From: an uncultured Candidatus Saccharibacteria bacterium
GTDB lineage: Bacteria; Patescibacteriota; Minisyncoccia; Phycocordibacterales; UBA918
Reading direction: 5' to 3'
Length of the DNA stretch: 64,000 nt
Assembly (NCBI GenBank): GCA_964601615.1
Contig: CAZRNZ010000001.1
Coordinates: 7,658 to 71,657 of the forward strand
The translations under genes were made by a program, and so were the position numbers. A model generated the notes under the pieces. That model saw only the letters and a program-made list of their open reading frames with translations. It did not search any database and was not told the origin of the DNA. This document shows, piece by piece, positions 10,137-19,303 of the stretch; the first letter of the stretch is position 1; each line of letters begins with the position of its first letter.

Positions 10137-10505
10137 CCTTTTAGGGACAGGGAACAGGGAAGAAGCAATTAACCTCAATTGGATGAGATATTTTTTAAAT
10201 CCGCTACTCCCCTATCCGAAAGTGGGGGAGGAGTCCCTATTGAGGTATTTTAATTATTTTGAATTTAGATCTTACAAAAGAAAATTAAGTGCAGATAAAG
10301 ATGTATAAGTTTATTAAAAATTTTAATAAATAAACTAAAAGGGGGATTTTAAATCCAAAATCAAACTGTGGATAACTTTATCTGTAAACCCCTTTCTTCC
10401 AGTATATAATTGAGTATTAGAGATATTATACTCAGTTACATATCTAACAAATAAGCCCTATTTCCTACCTCATATATAATGTATTGATCACAGCCAAGCT
10501 TTCCT

Positions 10506-11504
10506 ATGACTGATAAAAAAGAAAAAAATAATAACGTTGAGACTTTAAAGACCGCTAATTTTTCTGTCCTCCCCCACATACCGCATTTCCTGACTTCCAT
10601 ACTGGCTAACAATTATTCTAAAAAAACTCACGATTCATATAAGCGTGATTTATTGACCTTCGACCGCTTTTTAGCTTCTGAGATGACTCATATATCGTTT
10701 AATAAGCTTGATAAGCATGTTATTGAGCTATTTAAGGCTCATTTAAATTCAGATGACCGTAAGACCACTTTGGATAAAAAAACAGCGGAAAACAGGCTTT
10801 CTAGCGGTTCAGTTAATCGTATGTTGTCATCCTTGCGTCGGTATTTTGCCTACCTGATTGATATGGATTATGAATCCCCTTTAGCTCCAACGGCAATCAA
10901 GTTGGTGCGAATGGAAAAGAAACATGGTCAAGTTGCTGAGTTGCATGAATTAATTTCCTTAATAGAGTCACCTGCTAAATTTGAAAAAAATAAATTTGTG
11001 GCTTTACGTAATCGTGCCATGCTGGAAACTTTAATGGCTAGTGGTATGCGTATATCCGAACTTCTTAGCCTAAAAACAAGTCAATTAGATAAGTCTGGAC
11101 GTATTTTTATCCAAGGTAAGGGTCGTAAGCAGCGTTTTATCTACCTAACAGAGCGTGCCAAGACTCATATAGATGCTTACCTTAAATTACGTGTTGATGA
11201 AAATACTTTCCTTTTCATTCCTAGGCGTGGCTTAAATGCTGGAGAAAAAAATGCTCGCATCTCCCCCAATTATTTACAAATGAAAATCAAACGCTATCGT
11301 GAATTACTTGGTATAAATGTACCAACATCAGCTCACTCATTGCGTCACGGCTTTGCTACCTATTTGGCCGAACAAGGTGCTAATCCAGCCGCAATTCAGA
11401 TTTTACTTGGTCACGAATCACTCGACACAACGACTCGTTACGTACATGCTTCGGACCGTTATGCTGAAGAAACTCATCGTAAATTTCATCCAGTTAGTGA
11501 GTAA
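10506..11504 (+). CDS. Tyrosine site-specific recombinase, XerC/XerD family.
   Basis: N-terminal SAM-like core-binding domain. C-terminal R...HxxR...Y catalytic motifs (HSLRHGFATYL...TTRYVH). Confidence 0.8.
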   Translation: MTDKKEKNNNVETLKTANFSVLPHIPHFLTSILANNYSKKTHDSYKRDLLTFDRFLASEMTHISFNKLDKHVIELFKAHLNSDDRKTTLDKKTAENRLSSGSVNRMLSSLRRYFAYLIDMDYESPLAPTAIKLVRMEKKHGQVAELHELISLIESPAKFEKNKFVALRNRAMLETLMASGMRISELLSLKTSQLDKSGRIFIQGKGRKQRFIYLTERAKTHIDAYLKLRVDENTFLFIPRRGLNAGEKNARISPNYLQMKIKRYRELLGINVPTSAHSLRHGFATYLAEQGANPAAIQILLGHESLDTTTRYVHASDRYAEETHRKFHPVSE

Positions 11505-11511
11505 ATAATAT

Positions 11512-11541
11512 AAAAAGCGCAACCAAAGGTCGCGCTTTTTA
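11512..11541. terminator. Bidirectional terminator between the recombinase gene (+) and the 11557-12063 gene (-).
   Basis: aaaagcgcaacc-aaa-ggtcgcgcttttt with an A-tract 5' and a T-tract 3'. Confidence 0.6.
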
Positions 11542-11556
11542 TATAAATTCTAAACT

Positions 11557-12063
11557 TTAATCAACTCCGTTGGTGATTGAAAGTATTGTATCGCAAGGAC
11601 ATTCAGATGGTGTATCTTCGTGTTCTACTTTGAAATTTGAATCAAATGCTACAGCAATAAATTGTCCATTTTTAGTGTAGTAAGTAACATTTGAACCAGG
11701 ACCACTTGCTTCACGTGATATATCTTTCTCCCAGCCAGCATCAGTTAATTTTTGTTCGTAGTAATCTGTAAATGGTGTGGCAACTTCATGAATATTAGTC
11801 ACATCAACTAATGAGTCAGAAAATATTACCCAGTATGCTTTTTCTTGCTCATATCTTGGTTCAACCAAGACCGGATCTTGCCAATTAACTCCCGAATACA
11901 AAGGTAATAATTCATTATTTAATGATATTACTTCTTCATTTTGAGAACTAGTTGCTTCATTGGCAACTTCTTTACTTTTTATCACAAAAAGTACTAGTAA
12001 CCCAACAATAATAATTCCTAAGACAGCAATTATTATTAGTAGTTTTTTATTATTTTCTTTCAT
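11557..12063 (-). CDS. Hypothetical membrane-anchored exported protein.
   Basis: N-terminal TM/signal segment (LLIIIAVLGIIIVGLLVLFVI). No recognisable catalytic motifs. Confidence 0.5.
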   Translation of the reverse strand: MKENNKKLLIIIAVLGIIIVGLLVLFVIKSKEVANEATSSQNEEVISLNNELLPLYSGVNWQDPVLVEPRYEQEKAYWVIFSDSLVDVTNIHEVATPFTDYYEQKLTDAGWEKDISREASGPGSNVTYYTKNGQFIAVAFDSNFKVEHEDTPSECPCDTILSITNGVD

Positions 12064-12106
12064 ATTTTGATTATTTATTACCTCTATTTTATCTTGCTAT
12101 AAAACT

Positions 12107-12137
12107 AAAAGCGAGCACACTTTGTGTGCTCGCTTTT
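12107..12137. terminator. Hairpin terminator (bidirectional).
   Basis: aaaagcgagcacac-tttg-tgtgctcgctttt. Confidence 0.6.
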
Positions 12138-12165
12138 AAGGATATTGTGAATATAATTTTGTGAA

Positions 12166-12285
12166 TTAACCTTCACAACTAACACAGACCGATTCACCTA
12201 CATGATGAATACGAGGTTTTGCTGCTGGGGCACCTTCAACTTCTGGTAAATCGAAGTCAAATTCCATGTCTTGTTTCTTTTCCAT
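12166..12285 (-). CDS. Possible 39-aa Cys-containing peptide (MEKKQDMEFDFDLPEVEGAPAAKPRIHHVGESVCVSCEG).
   Basis: ATG start with a weak AGGGA box. It ends 30 nt before the 12107-12137 terminator and is not in the ORF track because it is under 60 aa. Confidence 0.3.
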   Translation of the reverse strand: MEKKQDMEFDFDLPEVEGAPAAKPRIHHVGESVCVSCEG

Positions 12286-12705
12286 ATCCCTAAATTATAT
12301 CACTGCAACAAATTACCTGCTGTGCATAACTGAGTTTTAACTAGGAAAATAAGGATTTTGATCTCGACGTATTTGTAGATTCACTAAGTCCAGAGTAAAT
12401 CTACTAAATTTTACTAATGTATATTTATGTCCAAATTACTTTTATGTATTATCAAAGATACTAATTTAACTACTGCAGATTAAAATAATCACTGACCTAT
12501 ACCCCACCTTACTTGACTTAATTCAAAATCGTGTGATTAATTTATGCCTCACAATGTCTGTATACTCATGTAACCTTTTGTATAGTTTTATGTAGATCTT
12601 CTGATATTTAAGTAGTCCACTTTAGTTGGATTAAGATCGCTTTGGTATCGATATGTAGGGTTATAATTAAACTAGGAAGTTTAATAAATTAATTTAATTA
12701 ACTTT

Positions 12706-13128
12706 ATGAAGGCAATAGATAAAGTTATTCGAGAACACGGTGCGTTGGTAGGGCGTTCACTCATTGGTCTATTATTCTTATTTTCTGGTGTTGGTATTTT
12801 GATGGGAAATATAGACGGTATTACTAGTATGATTGCAGCCAAGGGTATTCCATTGGCAATACTTGTTGCTTGGGCAGCTGTGTTTGTAAAAATTGGTGGT
12901 GGGATTTGTCTTATTCTTGGTTATAAAACTAGAGAGGCTTCACTGGCTTTGCTTGGTTTTGTACTTTTAACAATCTTGCTTTTCCATGGCAATTTACAAG
13001 ATCCAAACTTATTTAAAAACTTAGCTATCATGGGCGGTCTGTTCTATGTGTACATTTATGGACCAGGAAAAGGCTGGAGATTGAAAATAAAAGATAAATC
13101 TTCAAAAGACCCTTCTCCTGCAATGTAG
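12706..13128 (+). CDS. DoxX-family membrane protein.
   Basis: Four-TM small protein with DoxX-like composition. Confidence 0.6.
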   Translation: MKAIDKVIREHGALVGRSLIGLLFLFSGVGILMGNIDGITSMIAAKGIPLAILVAWAAVFVKIGGGICLILGYKTREASLALLGFVLLTILLFHGNLQDPNLFKNLAIMGGLFYVYIYGPGKGWRLKIKDKSSKDPSPAM

Positions 13129-13150
13129 GATTTTGAGATTGAAGAAAATA

Positions 13151-13186
13151 AAAAAGCAGCGTCGCCTTTCGGCGACGCTGCTTTTT
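13151..13186. terminator. Bidirectional Rho-independent terminator.
   Basis: aaaaagcagcgtcgcc-tttc-ggcgacgctgcttttt. Confidence 0.65.
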
Positions 13187-13199
13187 GTATTTTTCCTAA

Positions 13200-13535
13200 T
13201 TAGCCGTTGTATGCCAGGGTTCTTCCCCAACATGCAGATGACGCATTCCAAGGTCGTGTTCCTTCCTTGTCATAAAGGTATTTGGCGTAAGCCAAGTTAC
13301 CTTCCGTCGTTAAAATATCGTACCCAAGTCTCAAAGCAGGTTCTCTGTGAAGAGATTCCATAATCTGGAAGACTCCCTTTGCAGAACTTGTTGGATTCTT
13401 AAGTACTTGTCCGCTCCTATCAAATTGATTGAATTCGGACTCACAACGAGCAATGGTGATCATGACTGGTGTATCTTTGAAATACTCACGAACCACATTC
13501 TCGGTGTTATTTTCGGAAAGGGCTACTTTTTCCAC
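13200..13535 (-). CDS. Lytic transglycosylase (SLT/lysozyme-like) domain protein. It starts at a GTG, and a signal-peptide-like in-frame extension runs upstream to ~13640.
   Basis: Motifs 'ARCESEFNQFD...AKGVFQIM' resemble the SLT catalytic Glu and GLMQIM motifs. The upstream in-frame translation 'DPWLILSGLLTAVISVSAAATIS' is hydrophobic. Confidence 0.5.
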   Translation of the reverse strand: MEKVALSENNTENVVREYFKDTPVMITIARCESEFNQFDRSGQVLKNPTSSAKGVFQIMESLHREPALRLGYDILTTEGNLAYAKYLYDKEGTRPWNASSACWGRTLAYNG

Positions 13536-13847
13536 TTCAGCCGTAGCTAGAGTTATCTGTCCATGTTCGATCGGTGTTGTACTAATCGTTGCGGCAGCAG
13601 ATACTGAGATTACAGCAGTCAGTAAACCGGATAAAATAAGCCAAGGGTCTTATCTTTTAAAAGTCTGTCCTCTAAAATCGTAAGATTTCGTCTAAGTAAC
13701 AGACCTCTGAAGGGAGGCTGAAGCCTCCTAATCAAAAAAACAGCCGTAGCTGTCCTTCATTTATACTAGCATAAAATGGCCTAAAAATCAAATTATGCAA
13801 CAAATATAGTTTTATGTAAATAGTATAAAACCCTTATTTTAAGCCAT

Positions 13848-14699
13848 TTAGTCCTGTTCAGATAATAGCGCCATTGCACCATAAAGTCCTGAATCATCTT
13901 TCAATTTTGCTGATTCTATTTGTGGTAGTGGAATTTCATCTCCCAGTATATCTGCTAGGTAGCTACTCACCTTCTCTACTGGAATAACTGGATTTCCTGT
14001 CATCATAGAGCCTCCTAATACGATTGTGTCCGGTGACCAGTACAAAATTGTATTACGTAAACCATGCGCAAGGTAGTTTGCTAGCTGGTCCCAAATGGCA
14101 TCCTCCTGAGGAATCTCATAAGGTTTCACTCCGGTACGTTCTTCTACTGCTGTGCCAGAAACAAGATTCTCTAGTGTCGGTAAAATATCATCACCTAGAA
14201 TTGTTCGGTCAATATCAAGTACTTGCTTACCCGGTTCAAACCCCAGGTGATAGCTGTCTATCTTCCCTTCTTCTATTTTGGCACCGCCAACACCAGTTGA
14301 GATGGTGTGGTAAACCATAATTTTAGACTCCTTCCCTGCTCCGAAGTGTGCTTCGCCCAAACCAGCTAAAGCAGCATCATTTTCTAAAATAACTTTGGTG
14401 TCTAGTTCTTTAGCTAAAGCGTCTGCTAGTGGTTCCTCTACCCATTTTGCCAGAACGTCATCATTCATTATTGATCGTCTGTCTTCGCTTAGCATTCCAC
14501 GTACTGCACCAGTGGCGCCACGAATCGGTTTACCCTCAGTTAACTCTTTAGCTGCAGTAACTATTTTTTCAATACCTTCTTTGAAGTTTATTGGTGTAGT
14601 AAATTTAATTGGCTTAGAAAAAGTCTTTAGGTCTTCACTCACAGCTACACGAGTTTTTGTGCCACCGATATCAAAAATTATGTAACTCATATTATTCAA
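13848..14699 (-). CDS. ROK-family sugar kinase (glucokinase-like).
   Basis: DIGGTKTRVAV N-terminal ATPase motif and ILENDAALAGLGE motif. Confidence 0.7.
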   Translation of the reverse strand: MNNMSYIIFDIGGTKTRVAVSEDLKTFSKPIKFTTPINFKEGIEKIVTAAKELTEGKPIRGATGAVRGMLSEDRRSIMNDDVLAKWVEEPLADALAKELDTKVILENDAALAGLGEAHFGAGKESKIMVYHTISTGVGGAKIEEGKIDSYHLGFEPGKQVLDIDRTILGDDILPTLENLVSGTAVEERTGVKPYEIPQEDAIWDQLANYLAHGLRNTILYWSPDTIVLGGSMMTGNPVIPVEKVSSYLADILGDEIPLPQIESAKLKDDSGLYGAMALLSEQD

Positions 14700-15621
14700 C
14701 TATTGGTTTTATTTCTTGATTAAAAACTTCACTCATTTCTTTGCAATACTGTACGATATTTTCTTTAAAGTAAGGTGGCTTAGTCGATTGGATTAAACCA
14801 ACTAAGTAATAAGTTAAGGACAGTACTCCACCAAAATTTATATCATCTGCAATATCGATATTAATTAAGTTTTGTATATCTAGCCAAGTAATATCGTTTC
14901 CAATATTTATGAATAACTCATTGTCATTCGGTACCACGGTTTTAGCGTGTTTGAGTTCTTCGGGAGAAAAGAATCTGCCACAAATATGAGAGCCAAATAA
15001 TTCATCAAATTTGGTACGGAGCATTGGTTTTATTTCAGAAAAATCGGCTGGCAAAATAAAACTGTAGGCTGAATACTTGGCTAGTTGTTCCGCTGTAATA
15101 GATTCAGAAGTTTCCTTAATTAATCTCTGGATGGCAGAAACTGACTCGTTAGTGTCAGCTAAAATCATGCTCAGATAAGTAGACGTATTATAGGTATATG
15201 GCTCACGATTCTTAGGAAATACAAAAACCTCATCTAAAGATAGTTGCTTTGCAGCATCAGACTCAGGATTATTTGTTAATAGAATTATTGGTAGATTTTT
15301 ATCTTTTGCCCAAGCTGCAATCTCTACAGAGTGTTTTCCGCCAGATGCAGAAATTAAAAATATGCCATCAATGTTTTCTGTTTTATTAAATATTGATTTA
15401 TAGTCTGATTCATTAGCAAAAACTGCATCGTTCTTGGTAAATAATATGCGACCAGTTGCTTCGGCATTTCCACTACCTATTACAAGAGGTCTTCTAAATG
15501 GTGAGTTTGTGTTTGGTAAAACAATATCTTCAGAAAAAAGTTCCAAGGCACCAAGTACTACGGTGTGTAGGTCAGGCATGTGTTCTGTATTAAATTCGTT
15601 CAGGATTTTTTGGTAGCTCAT
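14692..15621 (-). CDS. SIS-domain sugar-phosphate isomerase (possible bifunctional phosphoglucose/phosphomannose isomerase).
   Basis: SIS-like GSGNA...ISASGGKHS motifs. Overlaps the ROK kinase gene. Confidence 0.55.
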   Translation of the reverse strand: MSYQKILNEFNTEHMPDLHTVVLGALELFSEDIVLPNTNSPFRRPLVIGSGNAEATGRILFTKNDAVFANESDYKSIFNKTENIDGIFLISASGGKHSVEIAAWAKDKNLPIILLTNNPESDAAKQLSLDEVFVFPKNREPYTYNTSTYLSMILADTNESVSAIQRLIKETSESITAEQLAKYSAYSFILPADFSEIKPMLRTKFDELFGSHICGRFFSPEELKHAKTVVPNDNELFINIGNDITWLDIQNLINIDIADDINFGGVLSLTYYLVGLIQSTKPPYFKENIVQYCKEMSEVFNQEIKPIVE

Positions 15622-16394
15622 TATTTTGTTGTTAACTTTTTAGTAGCTGTCTTCTTGCGTGGTTTTAATGTACAAGTCTTGGAAAGTTTTTTAACAATAT
15701 ATTCCTCGGCTTCATCTACTGAATCTACAACATGGAATAAATCCAAGTCTTCCTTGCTGATAGTTTTGTATTTACCTGCCAAGTCTTTGTCCATCCATTC
15801 AATAAGTGGTGTCCAAAAATCTTTACCATAAAGTAGTACTGGTATAGCTGTAATTTTTTTTGTTTGGATAAGAGTGACTATTTCAAAAAATTCATCCAAG
15901 GTACCAAGTCCTCCTGGATAATAAACATAAACTTCTGATGCATAAGCCAACATAACTTTGCGAGCAAAGAAGTGGTCAAAAGGCATTGATTCAGTAGTGT
16001 ATGGATTTAATTGTTGCTCTTCAGGAAGCTTGATGTTTAGACCAACTGAAGTTCCGCCAACCTTAAAAGCACCGACGTTACCAGCTTCCATAATTCCATT
16101 ACCTCCACCAGTAACAATTGCTAGACCCATTTCTGCCAGCCTAGCAGCTAGTTCCTCAGCTTCTTTGTAGTATTTATCGTTTGGCTTTAAACGCGCACTT
16201 CCCCAGAAGGTGGCGGCTGGTCCAAGTCTTTTGAGTAGATTAAAACCATTAACAAACTCTGACATGATGCCAAAAACTCGCCAGCTCTGATCGGCTGGCC
16301 TAAGTAGCTCTGTTGTTAGACGACAAGTAACTTGCTCGTCATTAGTAAGAGGTTGTTCACTTGGTAGAGGCTTGGAAAAGAAATCACGTATCAT
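15621..16394 (-). CDS. LOG-family (TIGR00730) protein, cytokinin riboside 5'-monophosphate phosphoribohydrolase-like, with an N-terminal extension.
   Basis: GGGNGIMEA and PGGLGTLDEFFE motifs. Confidence 0.75.
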   Translation of the reverse strand: MIRDFFSKPLPSEQPLTNDEQVTCRLTTELLRPADQSWRVFGIMSEFVNGFNLLKRLGPAATFWGSARLKPNDKYYKEAEELAARLAEMGLAIVTGGGNGIMEAGNVGAFKVGGTSVGLNIKLPEEQQLNPYTTESMPFDHFFARKVMLAYASEVYVYYPGGLGTLDEFFEIVTLIQTKKITAIPVLLYGKDFWTPLIEWMDKDLAGKYKTISKEDLDLFHVVDSVDEAEEYIVKKLSKTCTLKPRKKTATKKLTTK

Positions 16395-16415
16395 TGTGAT
16401 TTATTTTATCATGAT

Positions 16416-16443
16416 AAAAAGGGTGCAGGCTTCGCCTGCACCC
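16416..16443 (-). terminator. Terminator for the exonuclease gene.
   Basis: gggtgcaggc-ttcg-cctgcaccc with a T-tract on the minus strand. Confidence 0.6.
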
Positions 16444-16459
16444 AATTATGTTAATTACC

Positions 16460-17053
16460 TTATTCCCAAGGAATTTCGTACTGATCAAACTCTGGTAGGA
16501 GTTTTTTGTTGTAAAGCAGACGATAAGCTACTTCAGCGTGAGAAAGTGCACCAGTTAAGGCGTTGTGTGGTGTTGGTTCGTCTGGAATACCGCAGTAGTT
16601 TAGTATTGAATCTAGATTTAGGTCACTGCGTCTCCTTTGTTGGTCGATAGGTGGTGTAACTCCCCTCTTAATCATATGCATAAAGCAAAGTGAGTGAGTA
16701 TCGATAGTTCTGTGTGCAAAGTCCCAAGATAGTTTTTCTCGGTAAGCTGCTTCACGCAAGAAGTCTCGATCAAACGAAGGATTTTGTCCGGTTAAAGTTC
16801 GGTCGCCAACATGTTGGCTCCATTCCATAAATTCCCTAATCAACTCCCCTTCAGTTTTTTTGTTTTCATCTAGAGCCTCTTCTTTACTAAAACCATTTAC
16901 GGCCAGAGCTTCATCAGAAATACCTGCACAATCCCAGACTCGACACTCACCATAAAAACGCCATTCTGGATTGTCGGAGTCCAGTGCGCCAATAGATAGG
17001 ATAGAATTTTTTTCAGCATTCAGTCCTGAAGCCTCAATGTCTACAATTAACAT
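16460..17053 (-). CDS. DEDDh 3'-5' exonuclease domain protein (DnaQ-like).
   Basis: Exo I 'LIVDIEASGL' and the C-terminal H-x4-D motif region. Confidence 0.65.
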   Translation of the reverse strand: MLIVDIEASGLNAEKNSILSIGALDSDNPEWRFYGECRVWDCAGISDEALAVNGFSKEEALDENKKTEGELIREFMEWSQHVGDRTLTGQNPSFDRDFLREAAYREKLSWDFAHRTIDTHSLCFMHMIKRGVTPPIDQQRRRSDLNLDSILNYCGIPDEPTPHNALTGALSHAEVAYRLLYNKKLLPEFDQYEIPWE

Positions 17054-17055
17054 AA

Positions 17056-17808
17056 TTATATTTCACTTACTTCTAGACTAATAGATTTAAAGCGCAAAAC
17101 TCCACCATTGTTCATGTAGATTAATTCTAGTTCTTCAGGATTAAGTTTTGTGATTTTGTAGTAAAACTTTTCTTCTGGTGATTCACTAAAGAAAAGTTCT
17201 AGATAGGTTTCTCCTGTCTCAATTTCAAATGGAGTTTCAACTGCGCTACTCTTATCAAAAATTACCCAATAACCATCAGAGTTTTCATTATTGTAGGAAT
17301 CTACCACAGTCTGACTGGTGTTGTTGCTAAAAGTTCGGGTAAAACTCTCGTCGTCTAGACTTTGCCACCTTCCAATAATGTTTTGACTCAAGATTGATAT
17401 CTCGCTAGTTTGGACATTTTCCGATTCAGTTAAGCCGTCACCAAAATGGTAAGGAGCATTATTGGGATCAAAAGGTTGATTACAAATACTTATTTCACCT
17501 GTTGCTAGATTTAGTACCTGTACGTTTTCGCCTACAAAGATGTAGCTAAAATAATTATCAGCAAATGTCAGAGGTGTGTCAGAAATTTTATTAAGTTCTT
17601 TAGTAACCTCACCTCTTTCAATGATTTTTAATTTATCAAAAGCATCATTAAATTCTGCGATGAAGCCATTATTCTCACTACAGATAAATGAGACTTGATT
17701 ACTTGATGTTGGTTCAGTTATTTTTTGTTCTTGTGATCTCGTGTAGATAATTACTGTTGCAACAGTAATTATTATCAAGAGTGTGATGATTAGGAGTTTG
17801 TTTGCCAT
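17056..17808 (-). CDS. Hypothetical exported or membrane-anchored protein.
   Basis: N-terminal TM segment. No recognisable domains. Confidence 0.45.
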   Translation of the reverse strand: MANKLLIITLLIIITVATVIIYTRSQEQKITEPTSSNQVSFICSENNGFIAEFNDAFDKLKIIERGEVTKELNKISDTPLTFADNYFSYIFVGENVQVLNLATGEISICNQPFDPNNAPYHFGDGLTESENVQTSEISILSQNIIGRWQSLDDESFTRTFSNNTSQTVVDSYNNENSDGYWVIFDKSSAVETPFEIETGETYLELFFSESPEEKFYYKITKLNPEELELIYMNNGGVLRFKSISLEVSEI

Positions 17809-17872
17809 AATAATTTTGGTAACTAATAAATGTATATATATTTTAGCTTTTCAGGCTTTTTATTACCAATAA

Positions 17873-18259
17873 CTAAATGCCTTTGCAGTTGGCGGCGGGG
17901 CGAAGCCCCGCCGCCTCAGCATCTTCCTTAGAAGAGAAAAACCTTTTATTTGCATCACTTATGCGCTTGGCACCTGAACAATGTGGTAAATGGTAAACAG
18001 TGCCATTTTTGGAGGCAACATATCTGACTTCAACATCAGCTACTATTGGACTTGCTATTGGAGCGTGTAAAGTCTTTGTTTCTGGTATTATTTCAACATT
18101 TTCTTCATAAGAAACCGATTGTCTCCCCAGTCCAAATGAAGCAATTGCCACCAAAACTACTACAAAAGCGCTAAAAATAGCCCTATCTTGAACTATGGCC
18201 TTGATTTTTTCCTTCATTTCTTGTAGGATGCTGAGCATTGTATCGATTATTATAACCAA
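17873..18259 (-). CDS. Hypothetical membrane-anchored protein with a C-terminal H/C-rich motif.
   Basis: One TM segment. C-terminal '[12 protein letters not shown]...AANC'. Confidence 0.4.
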   Translation of the reverse strand: MVIIIDTMLSILQEMKEKIKAIVQDRAIFSAFVVVLVAIASFGLGRQSVSYEENVEIIPETKTLHAPIASPIVADVEVRYVASKNGTVYHLPHCSGAKRISDANKRFFSSKEDAEAAGLRPAANCKGI

Positions 18260-18261
18260 TT

Positions 18262-18534
18262 ATGGCAACTAAAAAATCAGGAGGTACCAGTAAAAACCTG
18301 CGTGACTCACAACCAAAATATCTAGGTGTAAAGAAGGCTGACGGCTCTAAGGTTGCTGTTGGTGAGGTTATTGTGCGTCAGCGTGGTACTCGTATTGAGG
18401 CTGGCAAGAATGTTGGTATTGGTAAAGACCATACTCTATTTGCTGCTTCTGAAGGACGTGTAACATTCCGCGAAGCTCGTAAAGTTCGTTTTGACGGAAA
18501 GAGAGTTACTAAGAAGACAGTTGACGTTGTTTAA
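18262..18534 (+). CDS. rpmA: 50S ribosomal protein L27.
   Basis: [12 protein letters not shown]...KKADG..V..G.I..RQRGT is a canonical L27 sequence. Confidence 0.9.
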   Translation: MATKKSGGTSKNLRDSQPKYLGVKKADGSKVAVGEVIVRQRGTRIEAGKNVGIGKDHTLFAASEGRVTFREARKVRFDGKRVTKKTVDVV

Positions 18535-18554
18535 TTTTTAAACAATCAAAACAA

Positions 18555-18587
18555 AAAAGCGCGACCTTCGGTCGCGCTTTTTGTTTA
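18555..18587. terminator. Bidirectional terminator between rpmA and the PPIase gene.
   Basis: aaaaaagcgcgacc-ttcg-gtcgcgcttttt. Confidence 0.7.
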
Positions 18588-18601
18588 TTATTTTGTTCCG
18601 T

Positions 18602-19300
18602 CTATCCCCTGTTGATAGTAATTGTTTCAATAATCACAGGATTCACTGGGATGTCTCTTTCTTTAGTCTCGGTAGTACCAATAGCATCAACTACGTCCAT
18701 ACCATTGATTACACGTCCGAATACTGGATGCTTTGATGTAAAAGGTTGTTTATCAAAGTCTAGTGGAGTGTTGTCTGCTAGGTTGATGAACCATTGGCTT
18801 CCACCTGAGTTTGGTTGACCAGTGTTGGCCATAGAAATTGTGCCGCGAATATTTGTAAGAAGTTCTCCTGCTACAAATTCGTCAGCAACATTTTTGTCTG
18901 GACCACCCATGCCATAGATTGCTTCGTTGTCACCCTTAGAATTTGGGTCACCAGATTGAATCATAAAACCTTCAATCACACGGTGGAATTTAACACCATT
19001 ATAAAAACCTGATTCAGCCAAGTCGATAAAGTTTCCAGTAGTTATTGGCATTTGGTTGGCAAAGAGTTCTAGTTCAATGTCTCCCATGTTTGTTTTGATA
19101 ATTGCTGTTGGATTCATAGTATTGATATTTTTTGGATTACTAATTGGTTGTTCTTCTGGTACTAGCGGCCCGTCTATTGTTTCGTTTTGATTCAGACTTG
19201 GACCAGTGGAAGAAATATTTTGCAGATAAATCAGTCCAGCGAGAATTAAGGCTGATCCGATTATTACGGCAAGGATTAATTTAATATTATTTATTTTCAT
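18602..19300 (-). CDS. Cyclophilin-type peptidyl-prolyl cis-trans isomerase with a signal/TM N-terminus.
   Basis: FHRVIEGFMIQSGDP and WFINL cyclophilin motifs. Confidence 0.85.
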   Translation of the reverse strand: MKINNIKLILAVIIGSALILAGLIYLQNISSTGPSLNQNETIDGPLVPEEQPISNPKNINTMNPTAIIKTNMGDIELELFANQMPITTGNFIDLAESGFYNGVKFHRVIEGFMIQSGDPNSKGDNEAIYGMGGPDKNVADEFVAGELLTNIRGTISMANTGQPNSGGSQWFINLADNTPLDFDKQPFTSKHPVFGRVINGMDVVDAIGTTETKERDIPVNPVIIETITINRG

Positions 19301-19303
19301 AAA

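Noticed and set aside
10142-10247. SRP (4.5S) RNA, because of a GNRA-capped hairpin and an 'agggaagaagca' stretch loosely resembling the helix-8 'GGAAGGAAGCAGC'.
   Set aside because: The conserved symmetric-loop nucleotides and the required pairing partner are not present. The resemblance is superficial.
10367-10375. A perfect DnaA box (tgtggataa), as a hint of oriC.
   Set aside because: It is a single 9-mer, and about 0.5 such matches are expected by chance in 64 kb. There is no dnaA gene or box cluster nearby.
17889-17915. GC-rich hairpin tggcggcggggcgaagccccgccgcc, as a terminator.
   Set aside because: It lies inside the 3' end of the 17873-18259 CDS and has no T-tract on either strand. 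It probably just encodes the ...PAANC C-terminus.
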